Positions 33,438 through 46,300 of a stretch of DNA of 47,784 nucleotides are shown one piece after another. How positions within the stretch are numbered: the first letter of the stretch is position 1; each line of letters opens with the position of its first letter. Location of the stretch: assembly GCA_017499595.2 (NCBI GenBank), contig JAFIQS020000016.1, forward strand, positions 124,001-171,784. The letters run 5' to 3'. This stretch comes from Psilocybe cubensis (lineage: Eukaryota). The position numbers were made by a program, and so were the translations under genes. The notes under the pieces are model-generated. The model was not told where the DNA came from and made no database searches. It saw only the letters and a list, made by a program, of their open reading frames with translations.

Positions 33438-36400
33438 TTAAACGGATACAACTCGAGATAAACTTACACAAACGGCAACTTCTTTCCCTTCCCATTGAAT
33501 GACGCACTTGGAAAAATGAGTATCAACCATAGACAAGGGAATGACCTCAATGAATTCCTCCAATTCGTTGCTCCATATTTTTGCTCTAAGATGTTGATAC
33601 CGCATATAGGGGTCGACCTTGATTTTTGCAGCGCGAAATGGTTTTGCGACAAGCCAGACATCGTCGTATAGAAGTGGCTTGCGGAACACTACAATGTTCT
33701 GGATGCAATACGGACCCGAGGGTGTCAGAATCTGACTGTTTCCTTCATGGATGGAAGAACTGGTGTATGAAATGCGGCCCGATGTATATCGATTTATTAA
33801 GTTTGCACGAATATGACGAGTAGATACCAGCTCAGCGCTGCCTTGGAAGAAGTTTGTAAATGCATTGAGAATGTTGTCGGGAAGTTCAACCTCCAGTCTG
33901 TCGCGATACAGGTTATTGTCAAGGATGATATCTGTATCTTGATCGTCGGTTCCAACCGCCTGCACCTTGTCCGTAGCGTAGTTTGCAAGGAAATTTTGAT
34001 TCTGAGGTTGGACGATGCTCTCGAACATTGAAGCGCACTTGGCAATGATAGGAGGGCAGGTGACCTTGGAAAACAGTGCCCTAAGATTGCTTCTTCTATG
34101 CCACGATTCTCCAATCGTAGCCTCATACTCGCCTATCACGTATTGTTAGGTAGAGCATGAGAGTTCTATGATTGACGGCTTACCAGGATGGTAATTAGTA
34201 TGTATTTGTTGCAGTGTCCCAATCATACGCTCGAAAGGGAACGTCCACCATCCATGAACAGGCCCATACGCCGCAAGGAATTCCCCAAGATGCATTGCCA
34301 TGTGGTGATTGGGATGGCAATTGTAGTCAGGAAATAAACGTGCCAAATTTTGACGGTACGTGAGCATATGCCCAAGATACAACCTTTCATGTGCAGCAGA
34401 GGTTGTCCGCGAAGTGATGACGGAGACGGCTTGGAATAACTCCATCGTCATGTTGAGGAGATCTCGACGTTCCTGGCTGGTAGTGTCTGTCCCATCTGAG
34501 GACCATAAGCGTATGAGAGTAATTGGGAGGTAAACAGATCCCGCCGCTCGCCATTGATCCGACTTTAACTTCGGTCCAGAGGAAGAGATTGATATAGGAA
34601 TAGTGGTTGCCCATGATGGTTGCACTATCGCGCTGATATCTCGTCGCAATTCGTCCATTTCCTGCGAGGTCAATATATATCCCTGCCTGCCGGCTAGTCC
34701 AGGAGAGGTGACGGAGGCCGGTAGTACTATTGGCTGTCTTGATCGCTAAGGAAAAAGCGAAGACAACGGTAAAATTGATCAGATTTATGATCTTGAGAAA
34801 AGGCGTGCAACGAACCCATTCCACTATTAGTTTTGCCAGCTCCGGCTTGTGATACCTCTTATCAGGATCACGGGAATCCCTCCCGTTCTCGGTAACAGTG
34901 CTCGGGATGCATCCAAGTCCTCTGCCAATGTAGATCAAGGAGACCAGGTGGCATCCCTTCCCAGCCCAATGTTTGGCATGTTTGTCAATCGTTGACTGTA
35001 GGTCCGATCCATGGAGAAAGGGCTCCTTAAGCCATCCTTCCAAGCGTCTGATGCTCGCTTTTTGCTGGACGTTGAAGCGATCGGGGTCCAAATTATTGGC
35101 ATCGTGAGCAAATAGACGGCCTGCATGGGCCGCAGATTCGGGAAGACCACCCATCGGAATCTTCTTGCATCCCAAGATATTTTGGAAGTGTTCCTTTACC
35201 AAACCCAAAAATAGGTTGTGCATTGGATCTATGGGAAGATGCTTGGTTGCGTCGTAGTACGGCAAACGAAGCAACTCCGAGGAGCGAAGTCCTGACAAGT
35301 CAAAGGATCTATCCGCCAGGTCCTGAGTTTGTGCATTGCGATATTTTTCCGAACGATTTCTACAGGACTCGTTGGTGCGCCATGTCCAGGTCGTATAGTC
35401 GATGTCGTTGTAAGTGTTCTTGGTTTTGCTGCAAGTACAAACTGAACAGAAGAATTCGTGACTATGTGAGGAAAAACCTCCGATTTTTCGAGCAGCAGGA
35501 AGATCGGCGATAATAGCAATGATAGCGCAATATATACATCGCCCAAGCTCGTAAAGAGCCGTCTTTGAAAAGCGAACTCCATCCCAGAATAGCAGTAGTG
35601 CGTCGACCAAAGGCCGCAAGTACGGGTTAAGGGCGTCCAGACTTGGCTCAGAAGGGCCAGGGATAATACCCGCTAGGAATATATTCTCAGGTTTGTAGCG
35701 GATATCGATAGGAAGATTGAGACATATCAGCGCGATGACGCCAATTGACACCTTTTTCCCAGCTGCCAAGTTCCTCAGAGGGTTGAAGAAATCGAATCCA
35801 AGAGAAAATAAGTATCTCCCGGAGTCCTTGTCGCCGATTTTGCCGAAATGCGTCCTTTTGTCGTGTCCTTTGAAGTTTTTGATGCATGTCGCCTGGAAAA
35901 TATCCTCGATATCGCCTTCGTTTTCTTGCATTCTATCCCATGCTGAATCCATCGTCTTCTCATAATTGCGGCGTGATAAGAGATTGGCCATCCAGTCATG
36001 GAAGCTGAAGGCAATGTATGGCTTTATTGGAGCGTTAATGGTGGCTTTCCCCAAACTGTTTTGGGCGAACTAGCAATTCTCTGCAGGACCTGACAGGGCC
36101 ACCTTGCTTGTGAGGCCTTCTACGTGCACGACACTTCTCTGGGTATATGGGAACGCCAGACTCCAATTTTGGCGGATAAATTTCGTGACACTTGGGGCAT
36201 GCTGCATAAACAGTGCTTTCCGCATCGATATTGAAGTAGCTCGTCGCCGTACGAACGTCGCGAGGGAATTTGGAGAGGAGAAGTTTGATTTTGTTCGGAA
36301 GGGTAGAGTGACTGGAAGAGCCCAAGGCACTGAAGGCTGTTTGTTCAATGATAAATTCGGAAATTTGAAAAATCCAATGGCAACCCCGTCGAGGAACGCC

Positions 36401-37188
36401 AAAAATAACTTGGACCGACACGACCATGAATGCAACCAACTGCAAGATGGTAGTTGCGGATTCCAGGATGGGCTTAAAATGTCGTCCTTTTCCATAAATA
36501 TTAGCCTAGAACCATATCGAATGAACTTTCGGTTACCTGAATTGTACATAGGAGTCGAGGCGGCAACTGTTTCGCGTTTCCCAAACTCCTTCCTATAGAG
36601 AGTTTCGATTCGCTTGAGATCATGCTGAAGTAGGCCGAGCTGCATTTGCGCATTATCGATGAGTGTTTTGATAGAAGGATCCTTTCGGATCGCCGAATGT
36701 TTGGCTGTGGCCAGCACTGTCGCAGATCTTTCGATGAATCCATATGCTGAGGAGCACTTATCCAGTCCTCCAAGTAATGCAGAGTCGGTGAGAGGTCCGG
36801 GATTAACTTGCAGAGCTTCTATCCCTCGTTTGTGTACGTCTGTTTCATCCAACAGGCCACCAAGCTGAGCTGCCACTCTCTTTTTCGTTTCGAAGCGAGA
36901 ATCGGAATCAGATAATTGGGATGTGAACGATGGAATTGATTGAGGGTCCGACAGTGATAGACGACTCAACGCTTCTTCAATGGCTTGATCATGCTTAGCG
37001 AGAGTTTTTGATTGTACATCCAAGGCGCGTTGCTGTTGCTTTAGGTCTTCTTCTTGTTGGCGTCGCTGATGTGCTCTGAAGTCCCTGGGTTTAAGTAATT
37101 TCCCCCTTCGATTAGTTCCTGGGTCCACATTATCGTAGCACCCGTGGACTTTACATATGCAGAGTCGATCGCCTATTGCAGGGGGCAT
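33438..37188 (-). CDS. CACTA/EnSpm (Tnp2/Transposase_21-type) transposase, intron-containing, with an apparent frameshift near 36050
   Basis: FSLGFDFFNP, LICLNLPIDIRYKPENIFLAGIIPGPSEP, LRPLVDALLLFWDGV, ADLPAARKIGGF...FCSVC, IDPMHNLFLG, KLKSDQWR, PNHHMAMH and YGPVHGWWTFPFERMIGTLQ are hallmark CACTA transposase motifs. Confidence 0.88.
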
Positions 37189-37739
37189 GATGGTATGATA
37201 ACGTCTAGTACCAAAATTGATGCTACTTTATAGTCACAGAGATCGGGAGTATTAAGAAATAGCTTCTCGGGAAGGAGAAGCACGCATGATATCCATTTCA
37301 CAATATATAAAAATCGTTAAGATCGGTATTCGACTGGAACCGCGTCCAGAATTTGGTTGAAAACTGGCAGTGCAGTAATCCTTCGGCTAATGTCCATGCG
37401 GCAATATGGGCAGCCCCCCTTCCATCCCTTCTTATTGTCCCATGCTTCAAGGCAGCTCGAACAAAAAAAGTGACCGCAAGTCAACCTGTTTTAGATATTA
37501 GTAATGAGCATTATCTTCGGTATTGCAATGATTCGCTGGAAAAACATACATTACCGGCATATCTATGTGGCAAGTGCATATTGGGCAAGTCGTATTTTGG
37601 ACGACGACATCGCATAACTTGCGAAGTGCTTCAACTTGACGCTGCAGCTCGGCTGACTCCTATGAAACATTCAGAGAGCACATAAAATATTTCGACATGA
37701 CTCACTGCATGCGATTTTTTCAAGTCAGATTGACATTTC

Positions 37740-39038
37740 TCATAACAATGGCGGAGATTCTAAAGTTTGAACGCTTGTGTAAGGATACAACTGGAATTTA
37801 AGAATCAAACACACCTTTATATAAATGTCAAGATATTCCCGTTCTTCGACTTTCGCCTCCATGTTATCGATTGACTGCAGTCTTGATATTAGTAGCACAC
37901 TGCCTGAATGACAAGATGGAAACCTTACCTTTTGAAGACGCGTGTTTTCGTTCTTGAATTCCTTTACTCTTGTAGTCAATAGTTCTGCCCTACTCGTTAA
38001 CACTTTGTTCCTCTGCAAAGGTAGTCCGTCAACTTGGTCAACTTTATACGGTAATATGTTAAATATAATGACGAACCGACTCAAGTTCGCCGTTTGTTTT
38101 CTCCCGTTCCGACAGTTTGTCACCCAAAGAGTCATTCAGCTTTTGCAAGTTATCTTCATTATTCTTATGCTTTCAAATGTTCCCAGATGTTAGGAAGGTA
38201 TGATGTTGAACTAGGACAAATACAACTTACTACAGTAATTGTGTCAGAAAGATTCTGTAATGTGCGTTGATTTTCTATCAGCGTTGATTCCAATTCATTG
38301 TTTCGATCCGAAGCTCTCGCTAGCTGCTCTTGACATTTTACTAGTTCTACCTCCAGCTCACGGATGCGGACATGATTTACATTTCCGTCAGGTTCGCGGG
38401 TATGGTTAACCATCTCGGGGACGACAGCAGAAAGAACATCCTGGTTGTGGCGCGAAAAATGTGAGATCGTTTAAGGACAACAACAATGTATGCTTACTGG
38501 TCTGATACTATCCATAGGTGCATCATCGGGCTAAGAACCGTGTCAGGTTTTGCCGTATGAAAGACAATCGAAATTAAAATACAAGGCTGATGTCGGAGTG
38601 CTCCAAAGCAATTTGGGGCGTCCTGGCTCTGTCTGGCATCACATGGACGCTTCTTTGGCGTCGGGGACTAGGATTGGCTTTGTCTGGGAGTAAATGGAGA
38701 TTTCTGTGGCTTCGGCGATTAGTATTGCGGATTGAAATGATATTCAGATCCTGCCATTCGCGTTAACATCTTGCCAAATCATGCAGAAAATATACAGGCA
38801 GCCGTAACCCACCTCGCTTTGGGTCAACGCGTTTCCAAAGGGCCGCAGCTCGTCGAGCTGAGAGATAATCTCAGTCAGTCATCGCTCTAAGCACCAAATC
38901 GAAACTTACGTCCAAGGTTTCTGCAGAATTACGCCCTGGCGCAGGTGACGCATCTTGATGATGATTGATATTGGTGGTGCGACTCTGCCTGTTCCTCAAG
39001 GCATCGTGGATTGTTTTTCTTGTCCTGCGGTTCGACAT
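37740..39038 (-). CDS. Hypothetical multi-exon coiled-coil protein
   Basis: ATG at 39038 (MSNRRTRKTIHDALRNRQ...), short introns, and exons RIRELEVELVKCQEQLARASDRNNELES and LQRNKVLTSRAELLTTRVKEFKNENTRLQK. Confidence 0.5.
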
Positions 39039-39293
39039 GAGTAGAATTGGTGGAGGAAAACTAACTGCCCGTATCGCGTCGTGTGTTATATGTATATACC
39101 TTGCCTTTGTTTAACGACACGCCCATTTGGGCCTTTGCGCATGTACTTGATGATAAACATCTTTGCCTTTATTAAATTTGGCACATGTCGCTACACAAAA
39201 AAAACACCGAAAAAACACCCAAGAAATACGTACGCAAATTAAGAGACATAAAATCCGCAAAAAGTTGGTACACGATGGACTAGTTACATTGCA

Positions 39294-42015
39294 CTACTGA
39301 TTTTGACTAGGTCCGCGATTATGCATAGCTCGCGTTGTATTCATGACACGCCAGTTCAATTCTCTTTCTTTCTTTGTTTCGGGAACAGTACAAAGAAACT
39401 GCGGATCGAGTTCCAATTGCTCGCCAGTTAAGGAATCAGGCGAGCCGACGGTCCTGGCCACAACGGATAGAATAATGTTGATTTTCTTGGTTAGCTGATC
39501 TAGTCGGTGATGAATGCGACGAACGTATTTGCCGCTGTGATCTCCTTTTATGACGACGAGAAGGTTGTTGTCGTGAATTGGATGAGGGTATTTAGGGGTG
39601 ACCCAACGGGGTTCTAATGAAATCCATGTGTGATATTTTTTATGTCGGAGAACAACCTCGTTGCCATGAAGCTCGATAGACACTGCAATTAGCTGCTTAG
39701 AAAAATCTCCGCCGTCAACTACAGCATTCAGTTTAACTCCCACGAGTTTTGGGTTCAAGAGGACATGTGGGGGTGGTGCTGGAGGCATCCACAATGGATC
39801 AGACGCCACGGAATCAGATAACGGAGTTCTCGAAGAGGGGTCCCAAGCTGGACTAGGTGGAGAAGACAAATTATTTGGTGCTGGTGTCGGAAGGGGCGTT
39901 GCACTACCAGACGGCCTCTCCATCAGATAAGGGTGATGGGCGGATGTATCATGACCTTGCTCGGGTTGCGGCGTAGACAAAGTTTGCGTTGGGGTAGGTC
40001 GAATATGACCCTCACCGGGATCAAGGAACAGGACGAGCTCAAGAGAAGATCTACGTTGAAAATAATGAGTGTTGCATGACCTGTGTGAGATGGAATGCGC
40101 TTACGCAAATTCAACGACGTCGTCGTAACGGACTGATATTCTGTGAAATGGGGCATTCGGGTCGTATCGCGTCAACTGCATGTGCAACGTTATAGTATTG
40201 TCATCGAGATTTTCCTTGACATCCTGAATTACTCCGTATTCGCCTTTTCGAGGATGGTGCTGCTTAGATATCTTCACTTTTACTCCACACCATGGATGTG
40301 GAGGCGTCTTGGGAAGGGGACCAGATTCTGGCTGGCGCACATAAGGGATTATGGCAGTTTGTTCTGGCTCGTGCTTGTGGTGCAGCACGACGGGCTCCTT
40401 TGCAATGTCTACAAAGTTGACAAAAACCTCTGTTGACTGTCAAGAGATAAGTAAGCCAATAGAGTTGCAAAAGTAGAACGAATAACAAAATGGAGACCTC
40501 ACTTCAATGACCTCGTCACCATCCCTAAAATAAGTAGGTATTTCACCTTCAAACTTCTTGCTGACAAAATGAACTCGATCATCTTTGAGAGCAACTACCC
40601 AGCCTGTCTTGCCAGTATGATGTCCACCCCGTACACAAACATGTTGTCCGATTTTAACATCCTTCCTGATTTCTTGCCACGGCACACGTTTTGTTGGGTT
40701 GTCGGCTAGAGGTACACCGTGTGTCCCTATTTCGAGGACTTCCGCATAGTAGGTATCCATAACCTTCAAGATAGCTGGGGCAAAAAACGACGTAGAGGTT
40801 GAAGGGGTGCTGCAAATGAGAACCGCGTCGCCTTCTTTCAAAGTCCATTCGCGCGGGCGTGGCATATGCGAGCGATTAACTGCTGGGTGTTGGCTCATTC
40901 TAAACATGGTGTAGAAGTCATGGGGTATGTCCTTGACGTTAACTGTGAATGAACGGTGGTCCAAATTTTGGGCCAGAAGCCCTTGTTCGAAGTCCATATC
41001 GCGAAAGCAGTAGCAATCAGGCCCACGGCTCTGCACGTCGGTTGGGAAAAGCTGTCGAAAGTGATCCGGATCGAAGAGCTTAGCAGCCGGCTTAACAGTC
41101 GATGATTTTCGCTTGAGGGGGTTCTGTGGGGTCGTATGTAGCCGAGGAATGAGGAGAATACGGGCATGTTGAAAACTTTTTTGTGAAACCACGCCAACGT
41201 CTCCCTTGTACAAGCCTTTCTTGATGACTACCCATGCACCGACGTCCACGGGACCATCCCTCATCCCAAGCACTTGACTATACTCTGAAGAGTCGATGAG
41301 CTGTCGTTTGATACCCAAGCCGTTACGCAGTACACCTGGTGTCCGTAGAAGAAGGTCGACGAGGGCTTGGTTCATTTTACATTCGATATAGATACTGCCC
41401 TGTGTTGATCCTCGAGTGAATGCGGAACGAACCTGATGTACTTCCGAGACTGTGCTGAGCAGAGACATCACAGCCTGTTCTTCAATACCAACCTGCGAAG
41501 ATCCATTCAGTTTAGAACGCCCAGTGTCAATAACGGTAGGGTACGCACTCTACATTCAACCCGCCACAGTGGATAATCATCCGCCCTAGGTATGTACAAC
41601 AAACCATTGTCATGGAGTGTATCGTCTGGATCTTCAGGAATGGCGAATCCCCCATCTCCCGCGGCATTGATTCTGGACTCGATGCGCGAAATCAAGCGCT
41701 CTAATGCTCCCTCGGTATGCCTATGAACTGATAACTGGGTCGGTAGAACGGAATGCCCAACATCCGGGGGTGTATCATCGTCGATGAATCCATCTCAATG
41801 GCAAGGGTTATATTAGTAGGGTAAATGTGTTTGAAGTATAATATTCACCTTCTCTATCTATTTCTCCGGATCCCGTCTGTTCGTCTTCCTCAGAAATTTC
41901 GTCGTCAACTTGAGCTTCGGTGTCCAGGAACTGGCGGATTCTGGGATCTATCTGTAATAATGTTACTAACCTAAACGGATTAAGATATCAAGGAATCATG
42001 ACATACCTTCTTCAT
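39294..42015 (-). CDS. Divergent Spt5-like transcription elongation factor (acidic N-terminus, NGN domain, multiple KOW motifs)
   Basis: Spliced MKK|IDPRIRQFLDTEAQVDDEISEEDE...|DGFIDDD...PRADDYPLWRVECR|VGIEEQAV...SAFTRGSTQGSIYIE (NGN); KOW motifs VGAWVVIKKGLYKGDVGVV...LLIPRL, IGQHVCVRGGHHTGKTGWVV, GVKVKISKQHHPRKGEYGVIQDV and LLVVIKGDHSGK; a CTR-like PAWDPSSRTP. Confidence 0.82.
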
Positions 42016-42615
42016 TGCGATTTTCGCGAAACACTCTGGTCTGCGCTACACTGCTTGTGCTGTGTGGTCATCAGCTGGTCGTTATTAAGACACGATCGCA
42101 TCATATTTTCTTATTGTGCTCGTAGGTGGAGACTCGTTCAACTCATGTATTTTTGTTTTTTTTGTTATTCACGTACATCACCTCTAGCTAACTTCATACC
42201 AACATTGTTTAAAAACGTACCTATGGTTCTGCTACTCAAGGCTGTCGTTAACGTTGAGGAAAAGAGAAAGCGTGAGAATATGTTGAGTAGCTCAATATGT
42301 ACCCCTCGGAATTTCAAGCCGCTCAAGCCGATTATCGCGTGCGGTATTCTCCTCGGCAACGCGGCTTGAAAATTCCGGGGGTTCATCATGGCGTGGTCGG
42401 CATTTTCTCACGGTTTCGTTCTCTTTCCACCCATAACACACCATGTCGCTCAGTGCGTAAGTAGTAGTAAATATATTTACAGTAGATCGTAAATATGTGT
42501 ACAAATTAGTTTACAAACGAACGAAAGTCGGAACGATGGAGAACCGCCAAAATAAGACAGGAAACAGAAAAAACAGGAAACAGAGCAGAAGACGCTCAGA
42601 TAGAGCAGAAGTCGC

Positions 42616-43181
42616 TCAGGGCATTGTGAAGGAGAGGTCCTTTGGGATGCGGAACCTTGGCTGTTGGCGAACAGTTTCCACAAACCTAGGTACTGTTAGC
42701 GTTCTTCTATACTCTCAGTATCGCCAGCTCACCTCTTCACTGCGTGGTCAGCCAACTTCCCATCCCGTATGGTGAAATTGACGAGGTCCAGACTTAGACC
42801 TTTGCGGAACACGACGACATCCCCTCTCCATCGTGCATTTCCCCAGCGTCTAAGAGATTTGTTGCGAGGCAGAAACTTGTGATTCTTAACGAAGATATGA
42901 AAGCGTGTAGTCCGCCCTTTGTTAACGATCGACACCACGCCGTCATGTATGTGTGGCTGCAGCGATTTCCCGCCCATCAATAAGTCCAGTCTAGGACTCC
43001 TCCCGCTCGCGTTTGCAAGAGTGTGTATTTTCTTCGTTACAGCACGGTTTGCATCGACCGCATAATATCTGGCATTAAGGGTCATATGGAGATCCTTGGT
43101 CGAAGTGAGTCGTTATTCATATAAACTTCGATTTCATCTCACCCTTGTAGTCGACCGGAAGGTCATCAACGATGATACCAT
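42616..43181 (-). CDS. Small basic hypothetical protein (three exons)
   Basis: ATG at 43181; main exon ...QPHIHDGVV...FHIFVKNHKFLPRN...WRGDVVVFRKG...; last exon FVETVRQQPRFRIPKDLSFTMP*. Confidence 0.5.
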
Positions 43182-43385
43182 GTCGGCGAAAAAGTATGGA
43201 GGTGGATGTGGCGGTAATTAGGGAGGAAAGTATGAGGCGCGAATACGGTTTGGCTGCTATCTTTTAGGTGAGTCCCTCTTTGTTTCCTTATTCCCGGTAT
43301 TCACAAAGAGTTTTTGAATAAAGAGCCCCCATCTGAGTGTACAAAAGGTGACCTCGGGAAGGCAGGCATCCTCAGTATCATACCC

Positions 43386-46300
43386 ATGTCGTCCACCCGA
43401 CGGGAAACGTTGCCCCTCAAGGAGAGGATCGTGGCCTTACTTACTCCTTCGGCAACTGGATCTTCCACTGATCAAGAACCCTCCTCAATGGACACATCAC
43501 CTGATTACCCGACGGAACGTCTAGAACAAGTAGAACAAGGAGGAGCTGGAGCTACTTTGTCCAACGCTACGCCTTCTAATGTAGCGGTTTCTTTTCCAAT
43601 TCCTCCACCCGGACCTGCCGCAGATGAACACGGTGCACGTACAGCCTCCATTGCTCCCTCTGTTTCTCAGCCCACCAATGGCGCTAGTTTGACCAATCAG
43701 GTTCCTGTAAATGCGGTTATTCTCTTACCACCCCGGCTTGCTGCAGATGACCAGGGAGCCCAAGGATCTTCAGTCCCAAATCGTGTTGCTCCCTCTGTTT
43801 CTCAGCCCAGCAATGGCGCTAGTTTGACCAATCAAGCTCCTGTAAATGCGGTTACTCTCTTACCACCCCGGCTTGCTGCAGATGACCAGGGAGCCCAAGG
43901 ATCTTCCGTCCCAGATCGTGTTGCTCCCTCTGTTTCTCAGCCCACCAACGGCGCTAGTTCGATCGATCAGGCGCCTTTCCGGTTTGCTACAGATGTTCGG
44001 GGTGCCCAAGGATCCTCCATTGCGAATAGTGTCTCTCGGCCATCCGCTGGACATATCCCACGGATTGGGTCTTCCGACGTGCTTTTTCCTGGACATTTCC
44101 GACAGAACGAGTCTTCCGCCAACACTAATCCTCCTCCGAACCCTGAAACGTCTATGGACATTGATCCTACACTACCTACGTCGTCAAATCCCAGTAGCAC
44201 CTCTACATTTCCACGGTTTTTTATACCCGTTTTGTCTGGAAATTTGTTCAATTTCACTAGAAGTGATCCGAACCAGTCTAACCAGTCTAAGGCGAAGAAA
44301 CGACGAGCTGCACCGGAAGACCATACCACCAAAGTCCAAGTCATCGAACAGAAAGACGTCGACATCGCAGAGCTGAGCAAGCAACAGGCACGTTACCCAA
44401 AATCTACTTTTCTTGTCATTTATGTATTCATTGCTTTTTTAGATCAAGCAGAGGGAAGAGGTGCTCAAGAAAATCATTGATGATGAACGAGCGGAAGTAT
44501 GTTAATTTATTTCCTATGTTGCAAGATTTGCGTATTTACCACCATCGTACAGCTAACTAAGTCGAAGAATGCCATCAAAAATGCTGAAAAGAAAGCAGAA
44601 AGGAGCAAAAAGGAGGTAGAGGCTGTACGTTCGCAGTATACCAAGCTGTCGAAGGCAATGCGGACGGAGAAGGAGAGCTCCAAAGGGCTTGAAGAAACTG
44701 TTAAAACTCAACAAGGCGACCTCTCGTCAGCGTTGATCAAACTTCGGCGTGCAGAGTCCTTATCTAAAGCATACGACCGCCAGCGTCTTGAAGCTCAGGA
44801 GCGTCACGAGAAAACGAATGCCGATCTCGAAGCTGCGGTTGCTTCGCGAGGTCAACAACTCTTCGCACAAATCTCAGATTTAGAAAACGACATCGCTCGT
44901 CTGCAGCAAGAGAAATCCAGCGAAGTCAGTACGTTACAGCGGCAGCTCCAGCAAGCAAATTCGAGGATTGAAGATTTAAGTGCCTCACAAAATACAGCGG
45001 CCCTTGCACAGGAACAAATTAGCTCTCTTCAGCAACAGCTCCGGGACGCGAATTCGACAATTGAAAATCTCAACGCATCGCAACGTGCAGCAGCAACGTT
45101 ACAGCAGCAGCTCCAGCAAGCAAATTCGAGGATTGAAGATTTAAGTGCCTCACAAAATACGGCGGCCCTTGCACAGGAACAAATTAACTCTCTTCAGCAA
45201 CAGCTCCGGGACGCGAATTCGACAATTGAAAATCTCAACGCATCGCAACGTGCAGCAGCAACGTTACAGCAGCAGCTCCAGGCAGCAAATTCGAGGATTG
45301 AAAGTTTAAGTGCCTCACAAAATACGGCGGCCCTTGCACAGGAACAAATTAACTCTCTTCAGCAACAGCTCCGGGACGCGAATTCGACAATTGCAAATCT
45401 CAACACATCGCAAAGTGCAGCACACGCACAGGACCAAATCAATGCTCTCCAACAACAGCTAGAGCGCGCAAACACGACACGTGTGGAAGATCAACAAACT
45501 ATCACGGGCCTCAATGAACGGTTGCGTGTTGCGTCAAACGAGATAACCCGCCTTACAGCACAATTACAAAACCAGCGAGAGGAGTCGCAGAAACAGTATC
45601 ATGCGCTCGAACGCGATCTCAAGTCCCAAATGGATCTCCATCAACAAAAATCAGCGGACGCCGAGAACGCTCTGAAAGCAGAGCAAACTAACCGAATGGT
45701 TTGTCTGTCAATCTTTAATCATGGCATTGTTGCTGATACAGAGCACAGGCCGAGATGAATCAAATGAAGGCCACTTACGAGGATACGGTGGTAGGATTCT
45801 AGTTTAGCCTATGCCTCAACAAATCCGACTGATAAGGTATCATTATTAGTCCAGCCTGCGTCTCCAAGTTTCCAATCTGGCACAACAATGTCAGGCAAAT
45901 CAAGGTCGCTTGAACGAGCTGGAATCAAGCAATACCGAATTCGGTAACACGACAAGTGCGTTGGAGGACATATTAAAGAACGAACGAATTAAGAATGAAG
46001 TAAATCTGTTCCCCTCCTTGTCAATCTTCGATTCTGATCACACCTCCAAGGTTTTGCAGGCTCGCATTAATTCAGTTATGAAGAACAGAACTCACAATAC
46101 TGAGGATGATTATGAACCAACGGAAATTAGGAGGTTGGATGCCCGGCGGAGGCTGGTATGTTAAACAATCCATTCGTACGTAGTACCTAATAATTTACCT
46201 CGATGTCTTCTAGATTGGGATCAACAAGCGCAATGCCGGGTTTTCTATACATTCACGAGTACGCAATAATGTATGTGGTGATCTTGTTGATCCTAACGAG

